A program made the translations under genes and the position numbers. This document shows, one piece after another, positions 21,387 to 30,302 of a stretch of 64,000 nt of DNA. Under the pieces are notes generated by a model. The model worked only from the letters and a program-made list of their open reading frames with translations, was not told the DNA's origin and searched no databases. How positions within the stretch are numbered: position 1 is the stretch's first letter; every line of letters starts with the position of its first letter. Origin of the DNA: Gammaproteobacteria bacterium (GTDB taxonomy: Bacteria > Pseudomonadota > Gammaproteobacteria > SG8-11); the NCBI GenBank assembly GCA_030610155.1, contig JAUWSG010000001.1, positions 24,240 through 88,239 on the forward strand, in the 5' to 3' direction.

Positions 21387-23618
21387 TTATCTTTTTACCC
21401 GCATAATTCGCGTCACCTGCTCCAGGGATTTTAAACGGCGCATTATGTTAGCCAGATGTTTTCTACCCTGCACCTGAATTGTAAAAGTTATAGTACTAAA
21501 CTTTCCTTCTTTTTCTTCAATATTAACATTATCAATATTCGAACCCATATCAGCGATAATCGCAGCCGCAGTGGCCAATACGCCGCGCTGATTAACGACA
21601 TCAATTCGGATATCGACAGGAAAATCACCTGTCGTATTCGGCTCCCAGCGTACATCTATCCAGTTTTCAGGTGTTTTTCTGTATTCAACTACATTCTTAC
21701 AAGAATGGGTATGCACGACAATACCCTTACCTGTGGTCACGAAGCCAAGAATTGGATCCCCCGGTATTGGTCGACAACATTTAGCAAATGTCATCACCAT
21801 GCCTTCTGTGCCAGTAATCATTAAAGGACGCGAAGATTTTTTTTCGCCTTTCAGAAAAGACGGAACATAACGATCCAGCACATGACGTAACTTACCCTGA
21901 CGCTTGGCTTGTGATTTTCTTGATATAATTTTCTGGTCTTCTTCCTCAGCAATACTGATTAACTGTTGCGCGACTAAATATGCTGCCCGATTACCCAAAC
22001 CAATTTCCTCAAGCAAATCATCCTTATCATCAAAATTATATACTTTAACAACCCTTTCTATAGTTATCTGCGAGATATCATCCAGAGTAGTTGAAAATGT
22101 TGTTAATGCCTTGACCAACAGGCGTTCGCCAAGTTCGATGGCTTCCTTGCGTTGTAAATTTTTTAAATAATGCCTTATGTTTGACCTTGCTTTTCCGGTC
22201 ACAATAAAATCAAGCCATAACGGATTGGGTCGAGCACCCGGTGCAGTGATGATTTCAACAGTTTGTCCATTTAATAACTCAGTTCGCAACGGCATTAGTC
22301 GACGGTTTATTTTTGCTGCGACACAGGTATTTCCAACGTCTGTATGCACTGCATAGGCAAAATCAACCGCCGTTGTCCCTCTTAACAATTCCTTTATTTC
22401 ACCTTGTGGTGTAAACACATAAACAACATCAGGGAAAAGATCAATTTTAACATTCTCCAGAAATTCAATTGAATTACCCGCATTTTGCTGCATTTCCAGC
22501 ACATTCCGTAACCATTGGCGCGTACGATCCTGTGTCATGCCGCCATGACCATCGCCCGTTTTATATAACCAATGCGCGGCAATACCCACTTCAGCAACAC
22601 GTTCCATATCTTTTGATCTAATTTGAACTTCGATAGGCACACCATAGGGTCCGAATAAAACCGTGTGCAGTGATTGATAACCATTGGTTTTGGGAATTGC
22701 GATATAATCCTTGAATTTTCCCGGCACTGGCTTATATAAATTATGAACAACACCCAGTGCGTGATAGCAGGATTCAACCTTGTCCACAATAATTCTAAAT
22801 GCATAAACATCAAATACTTCGGAAAAAGGCAAACTCTTGTCTTTCATTTTTTTATAGAGGCTAAACAAGTGCTTTTCCCGACCTGAAACGCGCACTTTAA
22901 TTCCATCCTGTTTTAAACGTTCCTCAATCGATTCCTCTATTCCCTGAACAATTTCTTTTCGATTGCCGCGTCCTTTTTTAACAGCCTCATCAAGTATCCG
23001 GTAACGCATTGGATATAGAATAGAAAATCCCTGATTTTCATATTCGTTACGTATATTGTTCATTCCCAGGCGATAGGCAATGGGCGCATAGATATCCAGC
23101 GTCTCGCGCGCAATACGTTTTTGTTTATCCGGGCGCATCACGCCCAGAGTACGCATGTTGTGAAGTCGGTCCGCCAGCTTTACCAGAATGACACGTATAT
23201 CATCTGCCATGGCGAGAATCATTTTCTGGAAATTTTCAGCTTGCGCCTCTGCATGACTTTCTATTTTTACTTTAGCGAGCTTGCTTACACCATCAACCAG
23301 ACCAGCAACTTCTTCACCAAATTCCTTTTCCAACTGGTCCTTCGCGGTAGGTGTATCTTCAATGACATCATGCAAGATTGCCGCAATGATACTTTTCTGA
23401 TCCATACGCATTTCGGCAAGAATGCGGGCAACAGCCAGAGGATGATAAATATAGGGCTCACCGCTCATACGGCGCTGTCCTTCATGCGCGTCAGCACTAA
23501 AAAGATAGGCCCGATAAACTTCAGCGACCTGGTCATGCTCAAGGTATTTTTCCAGCATGTCACACAAATCGCCGATCAAAAATACGGGTGATACGTTTTT
23601 TTCAATCGCTTTTAGCAA
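21387..23618 (-). CDS. spoT: Bifunctional (p)ppGpp synthetase/hydrolase
   Basis: HD hydrolase domain (HPLAVARILAEM...HDVIEDT), RelA/SpoT synthetase domain, TGS and ACT domains. Lies in rpoZ-spoT-recG synteny. Confidence 0.85.
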   Translation of the reverse strand: MLKAIEKNVSPVFLIGDLCDMLEKYLEHDQVAEVYRAYLFSADAHEGQRRMSGEPYIYHPLAVARILAEMRMDQKSIIAAILHDVIEDTPTAKDQLEKEFGEEVAGLVDGVSKLAKVKIESHAEAQAENFQKMILAMADDIRVILVKLADRLHNMRTLGVMRPDKQKRIARETLDIYAPIAYRLGMNNIRNEYENQGFSILYPMRYRILDEAVKKGRGNRKEIVQGIEESIEERLKQDGIKVRVSGREKHLFSLYKKMKDKSLPFSEVFDVYAFRIIVDKVESCYHALGVVHNLYKPVPGKFKDYIAIPKTNGYQSLHTVLFGPYGVPIEVQIRSKDMERVAEVGIAAHWLYKTGDGHGGMTQDRTRQWLRNVLEMQQNAGNSIEFLENVKIDLFPDVVYVFTPQGEIKELLRGTTAVDFAYAVHTDVGNTCVAAKINRRLMPLRTELLNGQTVEIITAPGARPNPLWLDFIVTGKARSNIRHYLKNLQRKEAIELGERLLVKALTTFSTTLDDISQITIERVVKVYNFDDKDDLLEEIGLGNRAAYLVAQQLISIAEEEDQKIISRKSQAKRQGKLRHVLDRYVPSFLKGEKKSSRPLMITGTEGMVMTFAKCCRPIPGDPILGFVTTGKGIVVHTHSCKNVVEYRKTPENWIDVRWEPNTTGDFPVDIRIDVVNQRGVLATAAAIIADMGSNIDNVNIEEKEGKFSTITFTIQVQGRKHLANIMRRLKSLEQVTRIMRVKR

Positions 23619-23919
23619 AATAGATTCACAATTAATAAGTTATTGAGGCAAATAACAAATGTAATCTCTCTGGCCCATCATTCTCACAGGCTCAGGAAAG
23701 CCCAGGATTTCCTCAAATCAGATTACTGCACAACTAACCAATTTTCAAAGACTTTACCGCCATTTTGGACAGCAATTCGAAGGCGCGGCAATACGGGCAA
23801 AGCCGATTGCCGGTTTGATGCCATTCCGTCAGGAAGATAAGGGAATATCAGCGAGTTACAGGATTTACAGCAGCGTGTCTCAGCATCAAGTGCAGACACA
23901 CGCGAGACATGGGCCGGGC

Positions 23920-24447
23920 TTATGTTTCTGATGAAGTATCAGGTTTGGACTCAGACTCTTCGGAAGAGGCTGATTCAGCACCCTGGTCAGCTTCCGCTGT
24001 AGTTGAATCTGGCGTTGAATCTGGCGTTGAATCTGTAGCTGAATCTGGCGATGCTGACTCAGAAGTTATTGACTCACTAGCAGACACCGCTGTTGGCTGC
24101 AACGAGCTTGCTTCTACCGGTGCCGTTTCAAGCACGGCTACTTCACTACTCTCAGCAGCACTTCCCGCCGCCGCCGCCGCAGCCGCAATATTCGCATCAT
24201 CAGCCGCAGCCAATAAGTCCTCGAGAGTTTCTTCTTTTGGTTCTTCTTTCTTTTCATCAAGGATGCTGCGATCGACCAGGCCTTCAGATATTTCACGAAG
24301 GGCAACAACCGTTGCTTTATCATTTTCCCATTCAACCATAGGTTCTTTACCCATCGTTAATTGTCGGGCACGTTTTGCAGAAACAAGCACTAATTGAAAT
24401 CGATTATCAACATTATCCAGACAATCTTCTACTGTGACTCGTGCCAT
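23920..24447 (-). CDS. rpoZ: RNA polymerase omega subunit with a long acidic Ser/Thr/Pro/Ala-rich C-terminal extension
   Basis: N-terminal 80 aa are canonical RpoZ ([30 protein letters not shown]). The remaining ~95 aa are low-complexity (poly-Ala, TPDSTPDS repeats). Confidence 0.8.
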   Translation of the reverse strand: MARVTVEDCLDNVDNRFQLVLVSAKRARQLTMGKEPMVEWENDKATVVALREISEGLVDRSILDEKKEEPKEETLEDLLAAADDANIAAAAAAAGSAAESSEVAVLETAPVEASSLQPTAVSASESITSESASPDSATDSTPDSTPDSTTAEADQGAESASSEESESKPDTSSET

Positions 24448-24555
24448 GATAAAAATACTCCTGAGAATTTAAAGCAAATTAAATTATTTAAAGGCCAGCC
24501 AGCGCAGAAAAACAGCGGGTCAGACCGGCAGACAAGTTTACAAAAAAACAGGGCG

Positions 24556-25212
24556 TTATGCTAATAAATCCGTGATTAATCCGTCAATTCTCTTCGATTG
24601 GGGCCCAAAAGCCAGCTGATTTGCCCGTATAATAGTTTTCAAATCAAATAAGGCCTCTTCAAACACGTCATTTACAAGCAAATAGTCAAATTCATCAAAA
24701 TGCGCAATTTCCTCTACCGCCCCCTGCATGCGTCTGGTAATGACCTCTTCACTGTCCTGCCCACGGGCATGAAGACGCTCAGAAAGTGCCGATCTGGACG
24801 GCGGTAAAATAAATATACCAATGCATTGCTGTTTAGATGAAGGCGGAAAGGCATTTCTCACCTGACGGGCGCCTTGCCAGTCTATCTCCAGTATGATGTC
24901 TTTGCCTTTTTTTAGCCTTTGTTCCACTTTTTCTCGTGAAGTACCATAAAAATTGTCAAATACCTGCGCGTATTCGAGAAACTGCTCCTTATTAACCATC
25001 TCCAGAAAGTTGTTTTTATCGATATAATAATAATCAACCCCTTCGACTTCGCCTTCACGCTTTGGGCGAGTGGTATATGACACCGCCACTTCGATATCTT
25101 TGCTGTCACTCAGCAATGCTTTAAGCAGGCTGGTTTTACCTGCCCCCGAGGGGGCCGCAATGACATATAAATTACCTGTACCGGCTTTATTTGCTGTTAT
25201 TTGTTCTGACAT
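24556..25212 (-). CDS. gmk: Guanylate kinase
   Basis: P-loop GAGKTSL plus guanylate kinase motifs (YTTRPKREGEVEGVDYYYI). Confidence 0.9.
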   Translation of the reverse strand: MSEQITANKAGTGNLYVIAAPSGAGKTSLLKALLSDSKDIEVAVSYTTRPKREGEVEGVDYYYIDKNNFLEMVNKEQFLEYAQVFDNFYGTSREKVEQRLKKGKDIILEIDWQGARQVRNAFPPSSKQQCIGIFILPPSRSALSERLHARGQDSEEVITRRMQGAVEEIAHFDEFDYLLVNDVFEEALFDLKTIIRANQLAFGPQSKRIDGLITDLLA

Positions 25213-25233
25213 AACTCGTTGCTCGTGTTGATT

Positions 25234-26100
25234 TTATTCAATATTTTGTATTTGTTCGCGCATTTGCTCAATAAAAACCTTGAGATCCACTGATGCCCGT
25301 GATGTATCCACATCAACTGATTTTGACCCCAGTGTATTGGCTTCACGATTCAACTCCTGCATCAGGAAATCCAGTCGGCGTCCTACGGGCTCATTACTGT
25401 CCACCAGGCGCTGCACTTCCTGTAAATGAGCATCGAGTCGATCCATCTCTTCATCAACATCCAGTTTTTGAATCAACATCACCAATTCCTGCTCCAACCT
25501 TGATTGATCCACCTGCACCTGCAGCTCTTCCAGGCGACTCATCAAGCGCTGGCGGCGACGTTCAATAATTTCCGGAATCACCCCCCGAACCCTGTCAACC
25601 ACCTCTTTGACACCGTTACACCGCTGCTCGATCATTGCCTTGATTTTCTCACCTTCACCCTGGCGCATCGACACCAGATCTGATAATGTTATAGATAACA
25701 ATGACATAGCATGCTCTCTCATGGTGTCCGTTTCGGCTTCTACACCGATTAACATCCCCGGCCACTTTAATACATCCATTGAATTGATAGGCGATGGATT
25801 GTACAAAAGTCCATCAATATCACGACTGGCATGAATCAATTTTTTAGCAAATTCTTCATTAAAGACAATCTCTTCTCCCATGTCAGAACTCGACATGAAG
25901 CGTAAATTACATTCAATTTTGCCACGATTAAGTTTATTGGCTATTTCTGCCTTGATTTTTGGTTCCAAAACACGAAATTCATCCGGTAATCGAGTCGCAA
26001 TTTCCAGATAACGATGGTTTACCGAGCGGATTTCCCACACCAGCCGCCCCCATTTTTCCTGTTGCTCCTGGCGAGCAAAAGCCGTCATGCTACGAATCAT
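25234..26100 (-). CDS. yicC: YicC family stress-induced protein
   Basis: MIRSMTAFAR...WEIRSVNHRYLE N-terminus and a DUF1732-like C-terminus. Conserved neighbour of gmk. Confidence 0.8.
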   Translation of the reverse strand: MIRSMTAFARQEQQEKWGRLVWEIRSVNHRYLEIATRLPDEFRVLEPKIKAEIANKLNRGKIECNLRFMSSSDMGEEIVFNEEFAKKLIHASRDIDGLLYNPSPINSMDVLKWPGMLIGVEAETDTMREHAMSLLSITLSDLVSMRQGEGEKIKAMIEQRCNGVKEVVDRVRGVIPEIIERRRQRLMSRLEELQVQVDQSRLEQELVMLIQKLDVDEEMDRLDAHLQEVQRLVDSNEPVGRRLDFLMQELNREANTLGSKSVDVDTSRASVDLKVFIEQMREQIQNIE

Positions 26101-26167
26101 GTCTTTCTCCAGTAAATGAAAATTATTCCTGTCGGCATATTAATCTTTAATAGCCCGGGAGGAAACC

Positions 26168-26258
26168 ATACATCGCTCCGGACATCGCTTCACACATCCA
26201 TGTACAAATCGCTCCGGACGTCCTGTCCTCTCGCGAAATAAGTACATCCATGTACAAA
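26168..26258. promoter_or_regulatory. Direct-repeat motif pair in the yicC/kinase divergent promoter region
   Basis: tcgctccggacRtc occurs twice (26172 and 26209) and acatccatgtacaaa occurs twice (26194 and 26243). Confidence 0.3.
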
Positions 26259-26303
26259 ACCTATATTCCCTGTATATTATATGTAATTTAAGTCTGATGC
26301 TCA

Positions 26304-27260
26304 GTGGCCGATTTAAAAATTGTAATGAGTAAGGTAAAAAATAAGCTGCCAAACGGTACCGTCATCGATAACTACATCATCGAAAAAATGCTCGGTGGTG
26401 GTGGCTTCAGTATTGTTTATCTGGCCACTGATAATCATTCCAAAACAAAATCCGTCATCAAAGAATATATGCCGAGTAAAATTGCTCGTCGTGTTGATGG
26501 ACTTAAAATCGAAGCGACTGAAGATAGTCACCAGGATGCACTTGTCGCCGGTCGAAAATCCTTTTTTAAGGAAGCCAGCATCCTGGCCAAACTTCACCAC
26601 CCTAATATTGTCCACGTAACGAATTTTTTTCAGGCCAATGGCACCGTTTATATGGTGATGGATTATGAAGAAGGCGCAAATCTGCAATCCTATATAAAAT
26701 CCCGGGGCAGACTCAGTGAAACCTTTATCAGGACCGTTTTCCCACAATTGCTTACCGGACTGGATGCCATTCATTCCAGTGGCCTGCTTCATTTAGACAT
26801 CAAACCAGGCAATATTCATTTAAGACCCGGTGGCAGGCCTTTATTATTTGATTTCGGCGCGGTTCACCAGATGAGCGCCACCCGGCAGAACCAGGAAAGC
26901 CAGGTCGTCACCCCCGGATTTTCTCCGGTCGAACAATACAATATAAAAGGTTATGTCGGCCCATGGACAGATATATATGCCATCGGTGCAACCATGCGTG
27001 CCTGTATAGAAGGTGTGTCACCACCTGCTGCAAACACCCGACTGGAAAAAGACAAAATGCGGCCTGCAACCGTCGCATTCAAAAAACGTTACTCTGCACC
27101 ACTACTTGAAGCAATCGACTGGGCAATGGAAATCGATCCCGAGTTACGGCCGCAAAAAGTGAGCGATTATCTCAAAATATTTGATATTGAATATTCACTA
27201 CAAGAAGAGCCAGAAACAGCATTAGACAAATTTGTTAGCACTTTCCCGTGGGTTAAATAA
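26304..27260 (+). CDS. Hanks-type serine/threonine protein kinase (kinase domain only)
   Basis: Gly-rich loop LGGGGFSIVYLA, catalytic loop HLDIKPGNIHL, DFG and APE-like motifs. No TM or sensor domain. Confidence 0.8.
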   Translation: MADLKIVMSKVKNKLPNGTVIDNYIIEKMLGGGGFSIVYLATDNHSKTKSVIKEYMPSKIARRVDGLKIEATEDSHQDALVAGRKSFFKEASILAKLHHPNIVHVTNFFQANGTVYMVMDYEEGANLQSYIKSRGRLSETFIRTVFPQLLTGLDAIHSSGLLHLDIKPGNIHLRPGGRPLLFDFGAVHQMSATRQNQESQVVTPGFSPVEQYNIKGYVGPWTDIYAIGATMRACIEGVSPPAANTRLEKDKMRPATVAFKKRYSAPLLEAIDWAMEIDPELRPQKVSDYLKIFDIEYSLQEEPETALDKFVSTFPWVK

Positions 27261-27266
27261 GATAAA

Positions 27267-28136
27267 ATGAAATACGAAATTGGTAAAACCAACCGTCTGG
27301 GTAATCGCACAACTAATCAGGACCGGTTTGCAGTACTGGAACGTCCGGAAGCCGTTCTATTGATACTTGCAGATGGCATGGGCGGACATAAAGGAGGTGA
27401 GCTGGCTGCCAACACATTTGTTTTGAAAATGACTGAAGTGTTTAATGATACGGCTTTACCTATTAAAGATCCGCATAAATTTTTTACCTACGCATTTGAA
27501 TATGCTCATTTGTCTGTCATCGAAACCGGTAAACAACAAGAACCCCCTCTGATACCACGTAGTACGGGGGTTGCCTGTCTGGTACAAAACGGCACAGCAT
27601 GGTGGGCACATGCGGGAGATAGTCGACTCTATTTAATCAGAGAAAATAAATTATTTAGCCGAACACACGATCATTCAATTGTCGAAGAACTGATAAAAAA
27701 AGGAAAATTGACGGAAAAAGAGCGTTTGAACCATCCGAAAAGTAATCAGGTCACCCGCTGTGTCGGCGGTGTTAAAAAATCAATTAAACCTGATTTTTCA
27801 CCTGCAACCACATTACATCCTGGCGACACCCTCTTACTTTCCACCGATGGCTTATGGGGATCTTTATCAGAAGATGAAATGATAAAACACTTTAGCAATC
27901 ACTCTAAAGTGGATGTTGCATTGGACCGCATGAGTGAACACGCAGAAAACATAAGTTATCCTAACAGTGATAACATCACGGCCGTCGCGCTGCACTTGAT
28001 TTCAAATGATAACACTGTCCCTGTTACAAAAAATGCGGTACAAAATTCAAAAAACAATGATACAAAACAAGCAGACCTGGTGCTTGATGAAATCCAGCAA
28101 GCGCTTCAAAAAATTGAGAAAGACCTGAAAATATAG
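27267..28136 (+). CDS. PP2C-family Ser/Thr phosphatase
   Basis: PPM motifs (ILADGMGGHKGGELAA, STDGLWG). Lies 6 nt downstream of the kinase gene. Confidence 0.8.
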   Translation: MKYEIGKTNRLGNRTTNQDRFAVLERPEAVLLILADGMGGHKGGELAANTFVLKMTEVFNDTALPIKDPHKFFTYAFEYAHLSVIETGKQQEPPLIPRSTGVACLVQNGTAWWAHAGDSRLYLIRENKLFSRTHDHSIVEELIKKGKLTEKERLNHPKSNQVTRCVGGVKKSIKPDFSPATTLHPGDTLLLSTDGLWGSLSEDEMIKHFSNHSKVDVALDRMSEHAENISYPNSDNITAVALHLISNDNTVPVTKNAVQNSKNNDTKQADLVLDEIQQALQKIEKDLKI

Positions 28137-28151
28137 CCGGCCTTTTAATCG

Positions 28152-28826
28152 TTACAATAAACCGCGCTCGGCAAATGAAACACAATGTGCATTGCCAACA
28201 ATCACATGATCCAGCACACGTATATCCACCAGGGCCAACGCTTTTTTCAAGCGCACGGTAATCAGCTCATCCGCTTTACTGGGTTCTGCAATACCCGAAG
28301 GGTGGTTATGTGTAAAGATGACCGCTGCCGCATTAAGACGCAAAGCCTGTTTAACCACCTCGCGCGGATGAACACTGGCGCCATCTATCGTACCGCGAAA
28401 TAATTCTTCAAAACAAATGATGCCATGGCGGTTATCAAGAAACAGGCAGGCAAATACTTCATGCTCATAATCCCGTAAACGTGATGTCAGATAAGCTTGT
28501 GTTTTTTTCGGGCTGGACAATACTTCTGATTGCGCCAGCACTTCATACAAATGTCGTTTACCCATCTCCAACACGGCCTGTAATTGGGCATATTTTGCCT
28601 TGCCCAGGCCGGCGCTTGAGCAAAATGTCTCAAGATCAGTCTTTAACAGAGCGCGCAGGCTACCATGCTCATTGATCAGATCCCGCGACAGATCCACTGC
28701 TGTTCTTCCACGTACACCGGTGCGCAGGAAAATGGCCAGCAGTTCAGCATCCGATAAAGCAGATGCGCCCTGTATTAATAGCTTTTCGCGTGGCCTTTCA
28801 CTTAGAGGCCAGTCTGTAATTGGCAT
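28152..28826 (-). CDS. radC: RadC/UPF0758 JAB-domain protein
   Basis: Helix-hairpin-helix N-terminus and a JAMM-like motif (HNHPSG...SKADELIT). Confidence 0.85.
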   Translation of the reverse strand: MPITDWPLSERPREKLLIQGASALSDAELLAIFLRTGVRGRTAVDLSRDLINEHGSLRALLKTDLETFCSSAGLGKAKYAQLQAVLEMGKRHLYEVLAQSEVLSSPKKTQAYLTSRLRDYEHEVFACLFLDNRHGIICFEELFRGTIDGASVHPREVVKQALRLNAAAVIFTHNHPSGIAEPSKADELITVRLKKALALVDIRVLDHVIVGNAHCVSFAERGLL

Positions 28827-29553
28827 GTTGGTAATATTTTAAATCCTGGAAATGACCAATATAAAGACGTGACGCTTACCTGCCACATACAACGCCTTAA
28901 CTGGCGCAAATGAACCAGGCTGCAATAAACTGAGCCAGATACAGATTCAAGACCTTCCCGGCTCGTTGATTAAATCAAAGACTTAGCACACGGTATCGCC
29001 TGCCTGTCATCCCTGCATTGACGACAAAAAGCCGTTCTATCCTCGTCTATTCGTGTTGAAAACACCCTCCCACACATAATTTCTTCGCCTTATATTCTTT
29101 GCCATTCTCAAGCTTCTACATACCATAACTTATTGTTATATAAGAATAATATACCGCTATTTTGGTTTTAAGCACATTGTTCCCAAATAAGCTGTTTTTT
29201 TGCGTCTTTTTTCTACTGATTGCATTTATTTATAATTATCAATAAAAACAACATCTTATTAATTTTTCTCTCTAAAAATCGCAACCTCCAATAATGCTCT
29301 GACGACTATTTTAATCAGTAAAAATTATATAAATAACAGCGTGTTGAGCAGTTTTTATATAAAGACAGCGCAAATTAAGCCGATTAATAGTTAATGACAC
29401 CCCTAAATCAAAAAAATGAGAACAGCGACACAGTAAAAAAAACCTGCAAAGCATTAAGCCCGAAAAATTTACGCTGAATGATCAGCTGCAAGTTAAGTAA
29501 AGAATTTATTAATTAAAAGCAAAGCAACAAAACGACAAAAGGAGCAATTCAAA

Positions 29554-30048
29554 ATGTTTTTAAAAAGACCCCAGTATCTAACGTTGTTGGTATTAGTGTT
29601 TTTATCCGCCACTGCATGGGCAAAACCCAAAGTGGAACTGACGATGACTTCAGAAAAAGAAGTCGTCGAAAAAAATAACGGCGTGGAAACTGTAAAGCGT
29701 GTCCCCGCAACTGACATCGAATCAGGTCAGGTGCTGATTTATACCATGAAGTATTCCAATACGGGTGATGAAGCCGCTACCAACGTGGTTGTCGACAATC
29801 CTATCCCCAAAGAAACCGTATACGAGCTGGACAGTGCAAAAGGTGCTGGCAGTGAAATCAAGTTTTCCATAAACGGCGGTAAAAACTACAAGCAGCCAAG
29901 CCTGTTGACCTATGAAATCAAGGGACCGGATGGCAAGCCAGTCAGAAAAAAAGCCTCTCCGGAACAGTACACGCATGTGCGCTGGATCATCGCCACAGTG
30001 CCACCGGGTGGCAGCGGGGAATTGAGTTACCGCGTCAGAGTGAAATAA
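29554..30048 (+). CDS. Secreted single-DUF11-domain protein (putative abundant structural subunit)
   Basis: Signal peptide (LLVLVFLSATAWA). DUF11 repeat signature GQVLIYTMKYSNTGDEAATNVVVDNPIPKETVY. Strong AAAGGAG RBS. Confidence 0.7.
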   Translation: MFLKRPQYLTLLVLVFLSATAWAKPKVELTMTSEKEVVEKNNGVETVKRVPATDIESGQVLIYTMKYSNTGDEAATNVVVDNPIPKETVYELDSAKGAGSEIKFSINGGKNYKQPSLLTYEIKGPDGKPVRKKASPEQYTHVRWIIATVPPGGSGELSYRVRVK

Positions 30049-30065
30049 ATTCGCAGAAATTAACC

Positions 30066-30090
30066 AGCCCCGAAGGGGCTTTTGTCGTTT
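30066..30090 (+). terminator. Rho-independent terminator/attenuator after the small DUF11 gene
   Basis: agccccgaaggggct hairpin (6-bp stem, GAA loop) followed by tttgtcgttt. Confidence 0.6.
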
Positions 30091-30302
30091 AAAAAATTAA
30101 GGAATCAAAACATGCCATCACCAAATTACGCAGCACATAAAAGAGTTCACAACCGATTAATTGTCTACGCCAGGGCGGGCCCTGAACCTCCTAATGAAGT
30201 ACGGCAACGGTCTAAATGTCAATTATCTCAGGGACCACCGCCATGAAGAATTTAAACAACGAAATACATAAACCATTAATGAAAACCATGAGGCAAGAAA
30301 TC

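Noticed and set aside
23990-24050. Short tandem 12-bp repeats considered as a possible CRISPR or minisatellite
   Set aside because: They have no spacers, are only 12 bp and lie in-frame within the rpoZ coding sequence. They are coding repeats, not CRISPR.
29493-29717. 74-aa ORF on the - strand overlapping the start of the small DUF11 gene
   Set aside because: It is antisense to a gene with a strong RBS and signal peptide, and the region is AT-rich. This is an artefact.
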